Shown here: positions 13,010 to 25,640 of the stretch, one piece after another
Position numbering within the stretch: position 1 is the stretch's first letter
How the letters are laid out: each line of letters begins with the position of its first letter
Assembly (NCBI GenBank): GCA_004764695.1
Contig: SMSO01000031.1
Location: forward strand, 3,262,436-3,326,435
Source of the DNA: Schizochytrium sp. TIO01
Lineage: Eukaryota; Protista; Bigyra: Labyrinthulomycetes
DNA length: 64,000 bases
Direction of reading: 5' to 3'
The notes under the pieces: model-generated
The model's database searches: none
Told to the model about the DNA's origin: nothing
The model's input: only the letters and a program-made list of their open reading frames with translations
Program-made: the position numbers and the translations under genes

Positions 13010-13058
<49 letters not shown>
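13010..13058. repeat. (AT)n microsatellite
   Basis: Perfect AT dinucleotide run. Confidence 0.95.
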
Positions 13059-13061
<3 letters not shown>

Positions 13062-14749
13062 GTTTTTTCTATCTAGCATATTATTGTTCATTTTATCATT
13101 GCATATGATAAAATAGTATTTAAGAAAAAAAGTAAAAAAAAAAAAGTACTTAAATATAGTTCATGCCATTGGTGCATTTCAAGTTCAACTCGAAGTTCTT
13201 ATGCCACGTTCGACGAACAGGATGAAGCATTCCTCGTTTCGGCACAAAGATCACCGCCCTTCGTCATCGCATTTTAACGCTGTTGTAAAGTTCTGTAAAG
13301 AATAAGGAACTGGGTGGTCATCATTCGCAGGAGTCAGTTCTCTCTAAGGGAATCATTCATCCGTGCGTCTTCACCGTCATTATTGCAAACCTTCTTTGGT
13401 AGTGCCAGGCATCCTTGCGGCCGAGGGTCGGCAATAGGGGTGAGGTTCAAGTGAGGGCCACAAAGCCCGAAATGGTGCATTGCCAATAAATAAACTCAGT
13501 GCTACAAGTAGGACCCTACGATGTCGATAGCTTAGACAAATGGAAAGGCACATAGGCACCTACTTACTTGTACAACAATAAGTACCTAGTACATCAAAAG
13601 AGGCCTTAGGATTAGAACACTCCATTCTGCTACTTACTGCTAGATAGAAATCGCAGTTTCTTGAGCTCATAAGAACCCTTCCTAAAAGCCGCCCGATGTA
13701 TATTTCCAGAGCTCGTAGAATCGCAGAACGCTCGAGTTTGCGCCTTTAATCCTGTCCTTCTTTGTCCTCGGCTTTTTACATTTTAAAAATGAAAAAAACA
13801 AAAATGATTTTTTTTTTTTGCATATAATTAATTTAGATAATTCATTTATAAATATGAAAAAACAAATGAGTAGAAGGTACCTGAGATCATTTCTTTGATT
13901 GGTGCGTCCCGGCGAGCTTCTTTTGCGGGGAACAGTCTAGGTAGGGCCGTGAGGTGAGGGAAGAGAGAAAGCTTCGGAGCGGAGGAAATAGGTGGGGGGC
14001 ACTGCTTGATACATCAGGAGAGCGGCTGTAAGCGATACCCTTATGTTTTAAATTAAAATAAAAGCCGAATTGATGACTTTTAGTGGTCCCTATCTATTAT
14101 TATATTATCTTTTAAATTATAATATATGTATTAATTGAAGGAAAGTTGCTTTGTCAACGATTACTATAATTGCCTTTTAAATTATATATAATCTTGAAAG
14201 AAGAAGAAAATAACAATGTTATACCTAAGTCTTAAAATAGTATTATTTACCTGGCTAACTTACCTTAGAACTAACACTACTACTCCTATGATTATATTTT
14301 TTATAATTTTTTTAATCATTTTCTTATTTTATTTTTATTTTTATTTTTCATTGTTTCGAAAAGAGAAATTTAAAAAGCAGCAAAGTAAAAGAGGAAGACA
14401 AACAAGAACAGCAACTTGAGCTACCATGAAAGCAAACCCGAAAGCAAACCCGAATCGCCGAGTAGGGCGACGCCACGACCTCACTCTTTCTTGAGGTGCA
14501 GGGCGTGAGTGAGGTGACTACGCAGGCGTAGACAGAATCGTCTCGGACCTCGCGTATACAGATAACTCTGCGAGGGAATTAGGTAGTGCTGGGAACCGCA
14601 GTACTGACAGGTTATTTACTTTATACCGAGTCTCGTTCTTAAGCGGCTAGTTCTGTCGTTTCGACGTCTCTGCAGAGAACTCCGTTGCGGGTGGCAGATT
14701 CAAGTAGCAACGTTGCGTAGTGCTACGATAACAAACGGTTTAGAACATC

Positions 14750-17700
14750 ATGCTCCCAAGACCTGTGGTAAATGATGCTGAGACTCTGGAGGAAAATGCA
14801 GCAGAGCACATCTTAGATATCAACGAAGCCAACAATGTTCATGTTGATCAACCTGAGGATAGCAACGATAGTGCCTCTACCGTGACAGATACAGAAGAAA
14901 ACGACAACATTCCAGAGAATGTTGCTGCTAAAGTGGATGACATCGCTGTGCTTGAAGGGCAAATTGCCAGTGAGTCAGCCACCTTGGCAACCCAGGGAGC
15001 CCCAGCAGCTATCCCGCCTAAGGCTTTGACAGCGCAACAGGAACCTAATGTTGAGGAGGAGGATACCTTTGAGGAGCTTCCAGCCGATGGCCATATCCAC
15101 CCTCAAGTTGATGGCTGCATTCGCTTGGTTGGAGGAACTGATCAAAACATTCTGGCTGAATTTGATCGCCAGGTTAGCGCCCTCAATTTGTCATCTGACC
15201 TATTGGACCAGCTCGCCACCAGCAAAGTGCTCATTGAACTGGAAGGAAAGATCAAATTTGATGATATCTCGCCTGTAACAAGACAGAGGTTTGAGAGATA
15301 TCTGAATGTTGTTGGCCAGCGTTTCAGTAACTTGCTTAGCGAAAGCGAAAACTTCGAAGGAGACTTCCGTGCGCAACGTGCTGCAAAACTCGACCACGCC
15401 TTACGGCAGCGTGCGAGCCGTGCCTTCTCTACGGATGATGGTTCTCGCCGAGTCTCTGAATTTGAGGTGCAGCAAATCATGCGTATGGGTGTTGAAGAGC
15501 ACTTTCGCAAACTGAACCGCATGCTATACGATGAAGATGAACATGTTAACATTGACGTGTTTTTTGACAATGTACGCTTTGAAGCGGTTGAGCCTCCTTC
15601 TCTTCTACCTGCGTGGCTTCATGGTAAGAGCACTGTGGTTACAAACTTTGTGAATCTCTTTGCGGTACCAATTACCTCTGGTATCGGAGCTATCCAGCGG
15701 TGCATTCAGGGCCCCCATAAAGATTCTGAAACAAAAGTCATTCTTAATGACATTACTGGTGTCTTTAAGGCTGGCGAAATGACTCTTCTACTTGGTGCTG
15801 CTGGCAGTGGAAAATCTTCATTGTTCTATGCACTAAGCAATCGTCTCAAAAACACTGGAAATCAAAGTTTCTCTGGCAATGTCTTCTTCAACGAGCACAA
15901 CATGAACGATGTACATGTTCCTAATGTTGCGACTTACGTTTCGCAGCTCGATAAGCATATTCCGATGCTTACAGTCCGTGAAACTCTTCAGTTTGCCTGG
16001 GAATGTCGTGCGCCAAAAGATCGCGTGGCAAAACTTGAAAATCTTCGAGGCAAGAAAGTCTTCGATGTTGACCGTATCCAACAACATCTTGACAAAAACG
16101 TAGATACAACAATGGCACTACTTGGTTTGACTCGAGCAGCTGACACAGTCATTGGTAATGCCGTCATCAAAGGTGTAAGTGGCGGTGAGCGTCGTCGAGT
16201 GACACTCGGTGAAATGCTAGTAGTTGGCAGCAAGGTCCTTTTACTGGACGAAATCTCCACAGGTCTCGACTCTGCAGCCACCTTCGATATCACCAAGACA
16301 ATCGGCAACATGTGCAAAATCTTCAAGACAAATGCTGTTGTTTCCCTTTTGCAGCCTCCGCCCGAGACATTTGATCTGTTCGACAAAATTGTACTCATGA
16401 GTGAAGGTTATATAATCTACCATGGACCTCGTGTTGGCATTCTCGAGTATTTTGAAGGTCTCGGTTACGAATGCCCCAAGTACAAGGACCCTGCTGACTA
16501 CCTCCAAGAACTCCCTACACCACTTGGTGTACAATACATCCGCGAGGGCTTTGATGATAGCTCTGTTCCGCGTGATTCTTCGTCGTTTGCACAGTGCTTT
16601 CGCGAATCAAAGTACTACAAGGAAATGCAAGACTACTCTCAGAAGAAGGGCAAGGACTATGAAGACCCGACCATGAGAAGTGTCGAGCACCACTTAATAG
16701 AATCGCCAAAGTTTATGAGAGGATGGTTTGAGTTGACCAAGGTAGTCTTTAAACGTCAGATGAAAGTTCTTCTGCGGAACAAAACATTCATGATTGCTCG
16801 TATCATTCAAAACATTGTTATGGGTCTACTTATGGGTCTTTTTGCACTCCAGTTGCCTTTTGATCAATACTATATCAAGACTGCTGTCTTATATTTCATG
16901 CTCATGTTTGTTGGTGTCGGCTCAGTTCCCCTTTTGAACGATGTGATTGCTCAACGTAACGTCTTCTACAAGCAGTCTCGTGAGAACTTCTTCCATGCTT
17001 CATCATTTGTTTTTGCGGAATTTCTTACGGGTATTCCCCAGCTCATCCAAGACGCAATTCTTCTTGGTGTTCTAGTTTACTTTATGACTGGCATGAGCTC
17101 TGATAGCCATGGCAAACACTTCTGGATCTTCCTTTTTGTACTTTTGTGCTATGGTATCAATGTGTCCGCACTTATTCGCCTTCTTGCATTCGCTTTACCG
17201 GATCACAGTGCGGCATTTGCGGCCCTTATTGGTGTCATTATGCTTATGGTGATCTTTTCTGGTGCATTGGCTACTCGTCTTACTTTACCAGCTTACTATA
17301 TCTGGATATACTGGTGGAACCCACTCACTTGGGCTTACACTTCGCTTGTGCAAAACGAATACTACAGCTCAACATATACTGAAGCACCAGCTACTGTTGA
17401 TGGTCAGTGTGTCATGTACTGCGGTACCAGCGACTGTGACACCCCATATCCTAACATGACTTGCGGTCAGTACTTTCTTGAGGCTCGTCAATTTGTTACA
17501 GATCCCGGTTACCTTTGGTACGGTGTTGCTTACGTGTGGGGCATTACTATTATCTATTTGATTCTTGCTGTCTGGGCTTTGGCTTCAATTCGCTGGGATG
17601 AACGCCGCGGTGGCTTGAACAGTGACGTTGTAAAGCGATCTGTGAACTACTTCATTATGGATAATGAGAAGACCCAAGCCAAAATCATTAAACGAAAGGA

Positions 17701-19861
17701 AGCCGCAATTGCAAAGAGAGAGGATGAAGAGTCTCGCTCTCCATCGCATACGCACTGGGAGAACTCGGACATTGAGAACCAGCGAACGGAAAAAAGCCGT
17801 GGTTTACCTTTTGAGAAGATCACTCTTTCATTCATGAACCTACGCTATAGTGTTGAGATCCCTGCTCGAGTTGACGAAAGTGAATTGCAACAGAATGGTG
17901 TGCGTGTCGATCGTGATACCAAAAAACATTCTTCGACTGAGACTTTGACTATTCTGAATGGTATTGATGCTTATGCCAAACCATATGCAATGACCGCCCT
18001 CATGGGAAGCAGTGGTGCAGGAAAAACAACGCTTTTAGATGTACTGGCTGGTCGTAAAACTGTAGGAAAGCTCACTGGTGAAATCTATGTCAATGGTCGT
18101 CCCAAAAACAACGCCCGTTTCGCCCAAGTTGTAGGCTATGTTGAGCAGTTTGGTGTTCACTTGGCTGCTGCAACTGTTAGGGAATCTCTCGATTTTAGTG
18201 CCGCACTGCGTCTTCCCGGTACAGTGAACACACCTGAAGGTCTCAAGCAAGTAGTAGATCACATCATGGAGATTTTAGAACTTAACCCGATCTCTGATCG
18301 TGTCATTGGCGAAGAAGAGACAGGGTTGTCGTTTGAGGAGACCAAACGTCTTACAATTGGTGTCGAGATGGTTGCTAATCCGTCTGTAATTTTTGCAGAT
18401 GAACCCAGTTCTGGTCTTGAAAGCCGTGCTGCTCTCAATGTACTCCAGGCACTTCGCAATGTAGCTGCCACTGGGCGTACAGTAATTGTAACTGTACATC
18501 AACCTAATGTGGCCATCTTCAATATGTTTGATCGGCTTTTATTGATGCGACGTGGTGGTGAAGTCGTCTTTTTTGATGAGCTTGGTGAAAAGTCCAAGAA
18601 CTTGCTTCAGTACTTTGAGAGCTTCCCAGATGTTGACCCATGCCCCTCTAACTTCAATCCTGCGACCTGGATGCTTACTGTGATTGGAGCTGGTGTGAAT
18701 GGCCAGGCCAAGCGCGATTATGCTATCGAGTACAGAAAAAGTGATATGTACAAGCGTGCTCTTCAAGAGCTCGATGAACTCATGCCAGTGGATTGGGCCG
18801 CAGCTGGGAATGTTGAGGACGACGCTGCAGCTCTCAATGCACTTCGTGATGACACGTCTCAGAACCTCTTGGAAGATGGGTCAGCCAATGGAGAAGAGGA
18901 AGGATTTGTTACCTCTTTCTGGCTGCAACTGCGTCTCCTTAACAAGCGTAACCAGGCTGAGTATTGGCGTTCTCCCAACTATTCAACTACTCGTATGATT
19001 ATTCTTGCCACGCTGGCTGTCATGATTGGTCTCGTTTTTGTGAATGGTGACATGACGAACGCAGCTGCTGTCCAGTCACGTGTCAGTTGTATCAATATTC
19101 TTATCAACGTCTCCGCAAGCATGAACATCACTACTATCATGCCTTTCCTTTTCACTCACCGTGCGCTCTTCTATCGTGAACGCTCGTCCCGCATGTATTC
19201 CGGATACGCATATGGTCTGGCACTTAACCTCGCTGAGGATCCGTACATTTTTGTGCAGGTTATGGTCACGGTCATCCCCTTTTACTGGCTCACTGGATTC
19301 GTCAGTAATCCGATATGGACCTTCTTCTACTACTGGTTCGTCAACTGGCTCTTCGTTAGTTTGATGACTTACCTTGGTATGCTTTATGCTGCTTTGTTCT
19401 CGCATCCTGCTGCATCACAGGTGCTTGGTACTTTGACTACCCAGGTTTTTGGTCTCGCTTCTGGTGTGCTAATTCTACCTTCTCAAATGCCTGTTTGGCT
19501 GCTCTGGGTTTACTACATCAGTCCTTTCCGATGGGCGCAAGAAGGATTGGTGACTACTCAGTTCATGTTCATGACTAATGCCATGTGTAATCCTAGTGGT
19601 TCCCCGTCTTCCCCGGTCAACGGCGTCTGTACGGATGATGGAGGTCTTTATACTGTTGAAGGTGTGGACATTTGCTGCCCTGCAGGAAGCGAAGGTACCA
19701 CTCCTCGGGATTATGTTCTCGGTTCGTCATTCTTGGGTGGTGACGATGGATACCACTATGAATGGCGCTGGTGGGATGTCTTGTACCTCGGTGGTCTCAT
19801 CGTTGGTGTACGCATCCTTGGAGTTTACGCCACAGCAACCGTAAATCACAACAAGCGCTAA
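14750..19861 (+). CDS. Full-size ABCG / pleiotropic drug resistance (PDR) transporter, intron-less
   Basis: NBD-TMD-NBD-TMD order. NBD1: GAAGSGKS, VSGGERRR, VLLLDEISTGLDS; PDR motif LLQPPPETFDLFD. NBD2: LMGSSGAGKTTLLDVLAGRK, degenerate signature LSFEETKR, ADEPSSGL; NPATWML. Two multi-helix TMDs. Confidence 0.96.
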   Translation: MLPRPVVNDAETLEENAAEHILDINEANNVHVDQPEDSNDSASTVTDTEENDNIPENVAAKVDDIAVLEGQIASESATLATQGAPAAIPPKALTAQQEPNVEEEDTFEELPADGHIHPQVDGCIRLVGGTDQNILAEFDRQVSALNLSSDLLDQLATSKVLIELEGKIKFDDISPVTRQRFERYLNVVGQRFSNLLSESENFEGDFRAQRAAKLDHALRQRASRAFSTDDGSRRVSEFEVQQIMRMGVEEHFRKLNRMLYDEDEHVNIDVFFDNVRFEAVEPPSLLPAWLHGKSTVVTNFVNLFAVPITSGIGAIQRCIQGPHKDSETKVILNDITGVFKAGEMTLLLGAAGSGKSSLFYALSNRLKNTGNQSFSGNVFFNEHNMNDVHVPNVATYVSQLDKHIPMLTVRETLQFAWECRAPKDRVAKLENLRGKKVFDVDRIQQHLDKNVDTTMALLGLTRAADTVIGNAVIKGVSGGERRRVTLGEMLVVGSKVLLLDEISTGLDSAATFDITKTIGNMCKIFKTNAVVSLLQPPPETFDLFDKIVLMSEGYIIYHGPRVGILEYFEGLGYECPKYKDPADYLQELPTPLGVQYIREGFDDSSVPRDSSSFAQCFRESKYYKEMQDYSQKKGKDYEDPTMRSVEHHLIESPKFMRGWFELTKVVFKRQMKVLLRNKTFMIARIIQNIVMGLLMGLFALQLPFDQYYIKTAVLYFMLMFVGVGSVPLLNDVIAQRNVFYKQSRENFFHASSFVFAEFLTGIPQLIQDAILLGVLVYFMTGMSSDSHGKHFWIFLFVLLCYGINVSALIRLLAFALPDHSAAFAALIGVIMLMVIFSGALATRLTLPAYYIWIYWWNPLTWAYTSLVQNEYYSSTYTEAPATVDGQCVMYCGTSDCDTPYPNMTCGQYFLEARQFVTDPGYLWYGVAYVWGITIIYLILAVWALASIRWDERRGGLNSDVVKRSVNYFIMDNEKTQAKIIKRKEAAIAKREDEESRSPSHTHWENSDIENQRTEKSRGLPFEKITLSFMNLRYSVEIPARVDESELQQNGVRVDRDTKKHSSTETLTILNGIDAYAKPYAMTALMGSSGAGKTTLLDVLAGRKTVGKLTGEIYVNGRPKNNARFAQVVGYVEQFGVHLAAATVRESLDFSAALRLPGTVNTPEGLKQVVDHIMEILELNPISDRVIGEEETGLSFEETKRLTIGVEMVANPSVIFADEPSSGLESRAALNVLQALRNVAATGRTVIVTVHQPNVAIFNMFDRLLLMRRGGEVVFFDELGEKSKNLLQYFESFPDVDPCPSNFNPATWMLTVIGAGVNGQAKRDYAIEYRKSDMYKRALQELDELMPVDWAAAGNVEDDAAALNALRDDTSQNLLEDGSANGEEEGFVTSFWLQLRLLNKRNQAEYWRSPNYSTTRMIILATLAVMIGLVFVNGDMTNAAAVQSRVSCINILINVSASMNITTIMPFLFTHRALFYRERSSRMYSGYAYGLALNLAEDPYIFVQVMVTVIPFYWLTGFVSNPIWTFFYYWFVNWLFVSLMTYLGMLYAALFSHPAASQVLGTLTTQVFGLASGVLILPSQMPVWLLWVYYISPFRWAQEGLVTTQFMFMTNAMCNPSGSPSSPVNGVCTDDGGLYTVEGVDICCPAGSEGTTPRDYVLGSSFLGGDDGYHYEWRWWDVLYLGGLIVGVRILGVYATATVNHNKR

Positions 19862-21834
19862 ATATTTTTCTATACATGTGTTGCCAACACTACTTTAATA
19901 AATTACTAAATTACATAATCTCTTTAGCATGTACCGTTTTTATCCCCTCCATATTCTAAAAGCCACAAATTATTTCGGACCTCGATTTAAGCACAGAATC
20001 ACTGATGATCGCCATTTGACTAGGGGTTGGAAATTGCAAATTTTGTTTAATTTACCTGGAGGTATAGCTTCTTGGATTGACCCAGATTGACATGTAGCAT
20101 GTGATCAAGGCCACATGTACAATTTAAAGAAGGCATCTGAGATTCCATGTAGTTCACTTCATTGTTTTGCTCGCACAGACCGATTTATCGCTATCACATC
20201 AGGTCATCATGCATATGCTTAAAGGCAACATTCAACTTAATTTTCAAAGAAATGTCTCAAAAAGTTCTGTAGACATGATCAAGTATTCCTGTTTTCCTCT
20301 TGGCAATCGTCTTTGAGTGAGCATACCACTTATTTGTATGCCACAGAATAGTTAAAGTTGATTGCAAGCGAAGGGGCCAAATGAAATGAATTTTACTCTT
20401 CATTTGTTGGAACCATCGCGAGCTAATCATACTTAACAATTTCTTTGAGGGTATTAAAAAGAGCAATAGAATAAACAAGAGACGAACCGCCACGAAATCC
20501 TACAGGAGAAGCTAGCCTAGAGCCCTATTTCGAGTCAGAGATTGGATTGTTTTATGCGCTTGTCACGCCCAGTGCTGTGGAGATATTTAGTGCGTGGCGT
20601 GACAACGAAGGGTTGGCAGGCGCGATTTTGCATTTTCATGGTAGTTAGGTTATGAAACGTTGTATGGTATTATTATTTCGAGTTCGATAAAATTGCAGGC
20701 ACGAATTCAAGAAAATCTCTGGAACAGCAAATAGCAATAATGTTCATGATCTGAGTAATCTCATGTGAATTTCAAGTTGTGATTCTATTTATGCAGATGG
20801 TCATTATGTTAATTGAAGAGTAGCGTACTTTGCCTTGGTGGGTGTGCCTCGCATATGACAAACATCTCAACGTTGTTCTTATAAACAGTGTTTGCAAGAA
20901 AAGATGCATCAACACATAGTACCACCTGGAAAAGCTCCTTTCAATGAACACCTTGATGTATTTGATGTGTAGTTGTTTGTCATTTAAGTACTTAGCTATG
21001 ATCTCAAAAGTGCTCAGTTGGAGGTCCAATTCTTGTTTTAAGATTTTTCCGTTTTCTTGCCCACTAGTGGAAGGAATCTTGCTGTATCTAGCTAACCCCT
21101 CGCCTTTCCTTTGCGCTACAAACCTCTCCAAAATCCGAGATATGGACTGCTCAAAGAAACTGCACTATAGATCCACTGTGTCATGGGAAAACAGCGTACC
21201 TAAATCCCTCAAATCTGGAGTTCTTATAACACGTCAGGAAGGAATTTCTCTACTTGTATCGTTAGGTGTGCTTAGGTGGTTCTAGTAATTCTAAAGTTTT
21301 AGATTAAATAATCTTTTTGGATAGAAAGCACAACGGCAACTTCTCATTGTTTTCTTACCTAGTGAGCAACTGATACGACTCTTGAAGCACGATATTGTCA
21401 TTCTTTGAGCTCTTTTGGGCAGTCTCTTCTGGATTGCCCGAATACCCTTCACATGGCTCATCTCATTCAAATCCGTCCTTAAGCAGTGAACTCACATTGT
21501 AGGGTGGGGTCATTTATGCTTTGAAGATATTCATACAAGTTCTGTGCCCCTAAAATCTCGTCAATTCCACTCTCCACGTACATATATTCACTAATGTTAT
21601 ACTCGTATATTAGTTTTCATTAAATCCGTGCAATTGAGGTCAGACAGGCCGGCCCAAAAGAAACATAGCATAAACAAAATACAAAAACAGAAACCTCTCG
21701 GCACAATCGCAACCTGGATTGGGCAGTATTCCCGAAGTATCTGTATCATCATTCTGCTACGTCGTGTTGTAACAGGAAAAACTTTCCTTCATCAGTAGGC
21801 GTCTTGAACTCCTAACCTCTTCGCACAGCCGCCG

Positions 21835-24800
21835 ATGGCGGACGCCAACAGCGAGGCCGGCCATGCCAGCTCTACAGAGGCCGCTTCAACGAGAACAACA
21901 ACAACTTCTACTTCTGCTGCATTAGTTTCTGCTGCTGATTCGAGTTTGCAAAGCTCTCAGACTAGCAACTTTAATGCCGTCGGTTACACGGTGTCTTCTC
22001 ACAGTGCCAGCACTGCACAGACTGTTCAAGGAGCTCAGGAAAGAAGGAAACGTCGTGCTGCAGAGCCCTTAAAATACGTGTTACGTCTGAGTGGATTTGA
22101 GACGCTTAAAGATAAAGGTTATACAGTCTACTTTGTACGTGTAGCTGTGGAAAGCTGCGACGAGGCGCTGAAAGATGGCCAGCAGCGCCTCTGGTATATT
22201 CGCAAGCGATACCGGGACTTCTGGCATGTGCAACAGGAGATTCAACGTCGTAATGGTGCGGCACCGCACCTGCCACAGAAAAAGTATTTTGGTAATCTCA
22301 ATCCGGAATTTGTGAAACTTCGCGCCCACGGACTTTCTGTTTTTCTTTGGGAGTTGGCAGCAAGTCCTGCGCTTTGCGCTTTGAGACCAGTCCATGAGTT
22401 TTTGTGGAGCAATGTTTGCGTGCCCCCTACGCGAAGCATGCTGCCCAGTACGCCTTTGATAGGGTCAAAACAGTCTGCTAATGACGATCAATTTACAGAA
22501 TCTATGGCGGCGTTTAATATTGATGATGATAGTCAGGACATGGAACAGCTCTACCGGCTCGATGCGCGTCTATCTCCCCCTCCCAGTCCCGCAGTAAAGC
22601 CAGGCAGAACGCGGAATCCATCGTTGAGCGAGCAGGATTTGGTCAGGCAAGCCACATCAGATATCGCTGATGTTCAAGGGCGTATTATTCTTACATCCTG
22701 TGAAGATTTACAACGAAGTTTTGCACGAGAGGGTATTTACCTTCCCGAGGAGGATCTGGTGGAGTCTGATGCCCATGAAAGTGACCAGGAGGATAGCGGC
22801 ATCATTGTAAAGGCGTGCTCTAACTTTATGCCCGGGATTTACAAATGGTACGCTGGCCAGCCTGCAGCCAATTTAGAGGGTGAAGTTGACGAAAATATGG
22901 ACATTGAACAGAAGCGCCAAGGTTTGAGAACTCTTGGCTCCTCGCTTGATCTTGGGGATTTGTATATAAATAGTAGCACTCAAGAAGAGGCTACACGCAA
23001 AGCGAAGACTTCTTTGATTCCAAAACTCCGTTTCGTCATTGTTGTGGTTGGTTCTCGGGGCGATGTGCAACCATATGTAGCTCTGGGTATGGCACTTCGA
23101 CGTCGTGGGCACTATGTGCGAATCGCAGCTCACGAATGTTTTCGAGAGTTCGTGAAGGAAGCACAGTTGGGGTTTGCTCCGCTCGCTGGAGACCCCAAAG
23201 AACTTTTGCGTATGGTGACAGAGAACAGTATGTTTTCCTATTCTTTTGTTCGTGAGGGAGTTGCCTCTCACCGCACGTGGATATCGCAAATTCTAGATGA
23301 TGCATGGGATGCATGCACCCTTCCAGAAGAAGAGCTTCGATCCGGACCCGAGATGGGGCCTAGACCCCCTCGTGAATCAGTTCGTACATCTGTGGGTGAA
23401 GGTCCAGGTGTAGCATTTGCAGCTCGGAAATCCTCTTTTCGAGCGGATGTAGTAATCGCAAACCCCCCATCATTTTCTGGATGGCATATCGCTGAGGCCC
23501 TTGGTGTGCCTCTCTATATGAGCTTTCCAATGCCATGGTCTCGCACGACTGCTTTTCCATCCCCCTTTACGAGTACAGAAGGTGAAAGCTCGAGTGGGCG
23601 CTTGAATTGGCTCTCGTATGGCGCTGTAGATCGGCTCATCTGGCTTGGCGCCGGCGACTTGATTAACCGCTGGCGAGTACAAACGTTACGCCTACCACCT
23701 ATTTGGACAATGTCGGCTCGTGGGCATCGGATCGCACATGATAATCGTGTACCAACCTTGTACCCTTGGAGTCCGCAAATGCTACCTAAGCCGAAGGATT
23801 GGGGTTCACATATATGCATTCCTGGTTACTGGTTTCTTGATGACGAGATGGCCAAGGAAAAAGAACCTCCAAAATATGACCCCCCTGCGGCCGCTTGCAG
23901 AGTTTCTCGCTGCAGACCCGGGAAATGCCCCCATTTTCATTGGCTTCGGATCGATCGTAGTTACCGATCCACAACGATTGTCAAAGATTATTGCCGATAC
24001 TTTGCGTGCTATGTCAGGGTCGCATCGCTTCATTGTGCAGGCAGGCTGGGCTGACGTGAACGTCGAGGGCCTTCTTTCAGCATCTTCAAAAGGCAATCGA
24101 GTTCTCCAGATTGGTGCCGTGCCTCATCGGTGGCTTTTTGAGCGATGTAAATGTGTAATACATCATGGCGGAGCTGGAACCACAGCTGAGGGTCTCCGGG
24201 CTGGTAAACCTACCGTTGTAGTTCCATTTTTCGGAGATCAATTTTTTTGGGCTAAACAAGTTGAGACGGTTCGTGTTGGAGTTCGCCTCCCATATTCAAA
24301 GCTGAGTGCGAAACGACTATGTATTGCTATTGAAAAGGCTCTCGGCACGGGTATGCGAATGCGAGCCCAAGTCATGGCAGCTTCCATTGCTCGTGAAAAT
24401 GGCACCGATGAGGCTATTGCCTTTATTGAGAGGCGCTTCCTGCGCATGGAAGCTGTTCGTGGTACAGAAATCATGTTGCGTCATTTACCAAGCCTTCAGG
24501 TAGATAACGATGAAGACTGCAGGTCAAGTGGCAATCGTCTGATGGAGGACGTAGTTACAGAGGAGGGTTGGACAAAGAAAAATATTGAAAGGGATGATTT
24601 TTGGCGTTATTGGCCGTATGTCAACGCAAATGATCAAGCTAAGGATAGCATGCCGGGGCCTCTACGCGCTATCAATTCGATTGGAAGGCAGATACGAATT
24701 GCAGGCTCGGTTCTAAGGGATACCGTTGGGCGCGCGGACTTAACCGGTGGATTGAGAAGGGGCAATCTGCAAGATGTTGCTTGGCCCAGTGTAGAACTCA

Positions 24801-24982
24801 AGCAATGGCCAAACTCTCAAGATCTGGACGCAATCAAGAGCAGTCCTAGACAGCAGCGGCATTTGCCTTCAGTCACTTTCGCGTCTCGCATTCCACCGGG
24901 GCATACACAGTACTCGTGGCGCGCTGAACCAGAGAATATGGTTGGCCACACTAAGTACTCCGCTGGTCTCTCTAGTAATTAG
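21835..24982 (+). CDS. PX-domain sterol 3-beta-glucosyltransferase (UGT51/Atg26/UGT80-like); one frameshift near 23880-23890
   Basis: PX: YTVYFVRV...WYIRKRYRDFWHV...LPQKKYFGNLNPEFVKLRAHGLSVFL. GT N-half: VVGSRGDVQPYVALG, HIAEALGVPL, FPMPWSRT, PKPKDWGSHICIPGYWFL. GT C-half in the next frame: PIFIGFGSIVV, VPHRWLF, IHHGGAGTTAEGLRAGKPTVVVPFFGDQFFW. Confidence 0.92.
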
Positions 24983-25351
24983 ATGAGTGACCTAGCTAGC
25001 TGGCTGGGCGTAGCTTGTCGCACCTACAATCCATTCTGTGCTAAACTGTTGTAATAAAGTAATCAATTTGGTATATTTCTAAGTCAGTATAAGTTTCGAA
25101 ATCATAGGTTCTGATTGAAAGACGGCATTTGAGATGTCCCGAGCAAACAAAGACAAGACTAGGTGGTTTAGAAGCACGCGCGCCTTGTCTTTAGCCCGGA
25201 ATTTATATATGCTTTTCGTAGGGACTCCCCAAAGTGAGAAAAAAATCCTGAGGAATCTGAATTTTAAAGCAAGTAATCCAGAGATTTCTTACATCTCCGT
25301 CTCTCTCTCTCTCTCTCTCTACCCTTCTGCTAAACCTTCACTTGGATAATG

Positions 25352-25640
25352 ACTCACCTTTGATGCGGTCTCGCTAGGTCTTGCTTCATGAGCGTGTAGC
25401 ACATGAGCAGCGATAGTTGCGGCTGGCTTCAAGGGGCTTGCACGTACGCAGACTCCTATGTGCCACTTCTTCAGGAGGACATCTTCTGCAATGAGCAAGT
25501 CTACACAACCTGCTGTTGAGCCCCACGCAAAGCGTAGAGCTTCTCTATTGAGCTGTTTGGGTTTTGGATTCGTATTTGATTGCAACAGCTAGAGCGGCAC
25601 CATCAATAAGATGGCCCTTGCCCTAGTCCTAAAGCCACCC
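25352..25640 (-). pseudogene. Decayed ankyrin-repeat fragment
   Basis: Minus-strand translation gives GHL..MVPL*LLQSNTNP...REALRFAWGSTAGCVDLLIA, with a stop and a frame slip. A GTGAGT donor-like site lies at 25357. Confidence 0.4.

Noticed and set aside
15048-19959. Numerous short alternative-frame and antisense ORFs within the ABC transporter (and other long genes)
   Set aside because: Shadow ORFs expected from codon bias
20772-21560. Minus-strand 119-aa ORF with upstream intron-like segment
   Set aside because: Stops upstream in frame and no recognisable family; at most another relic
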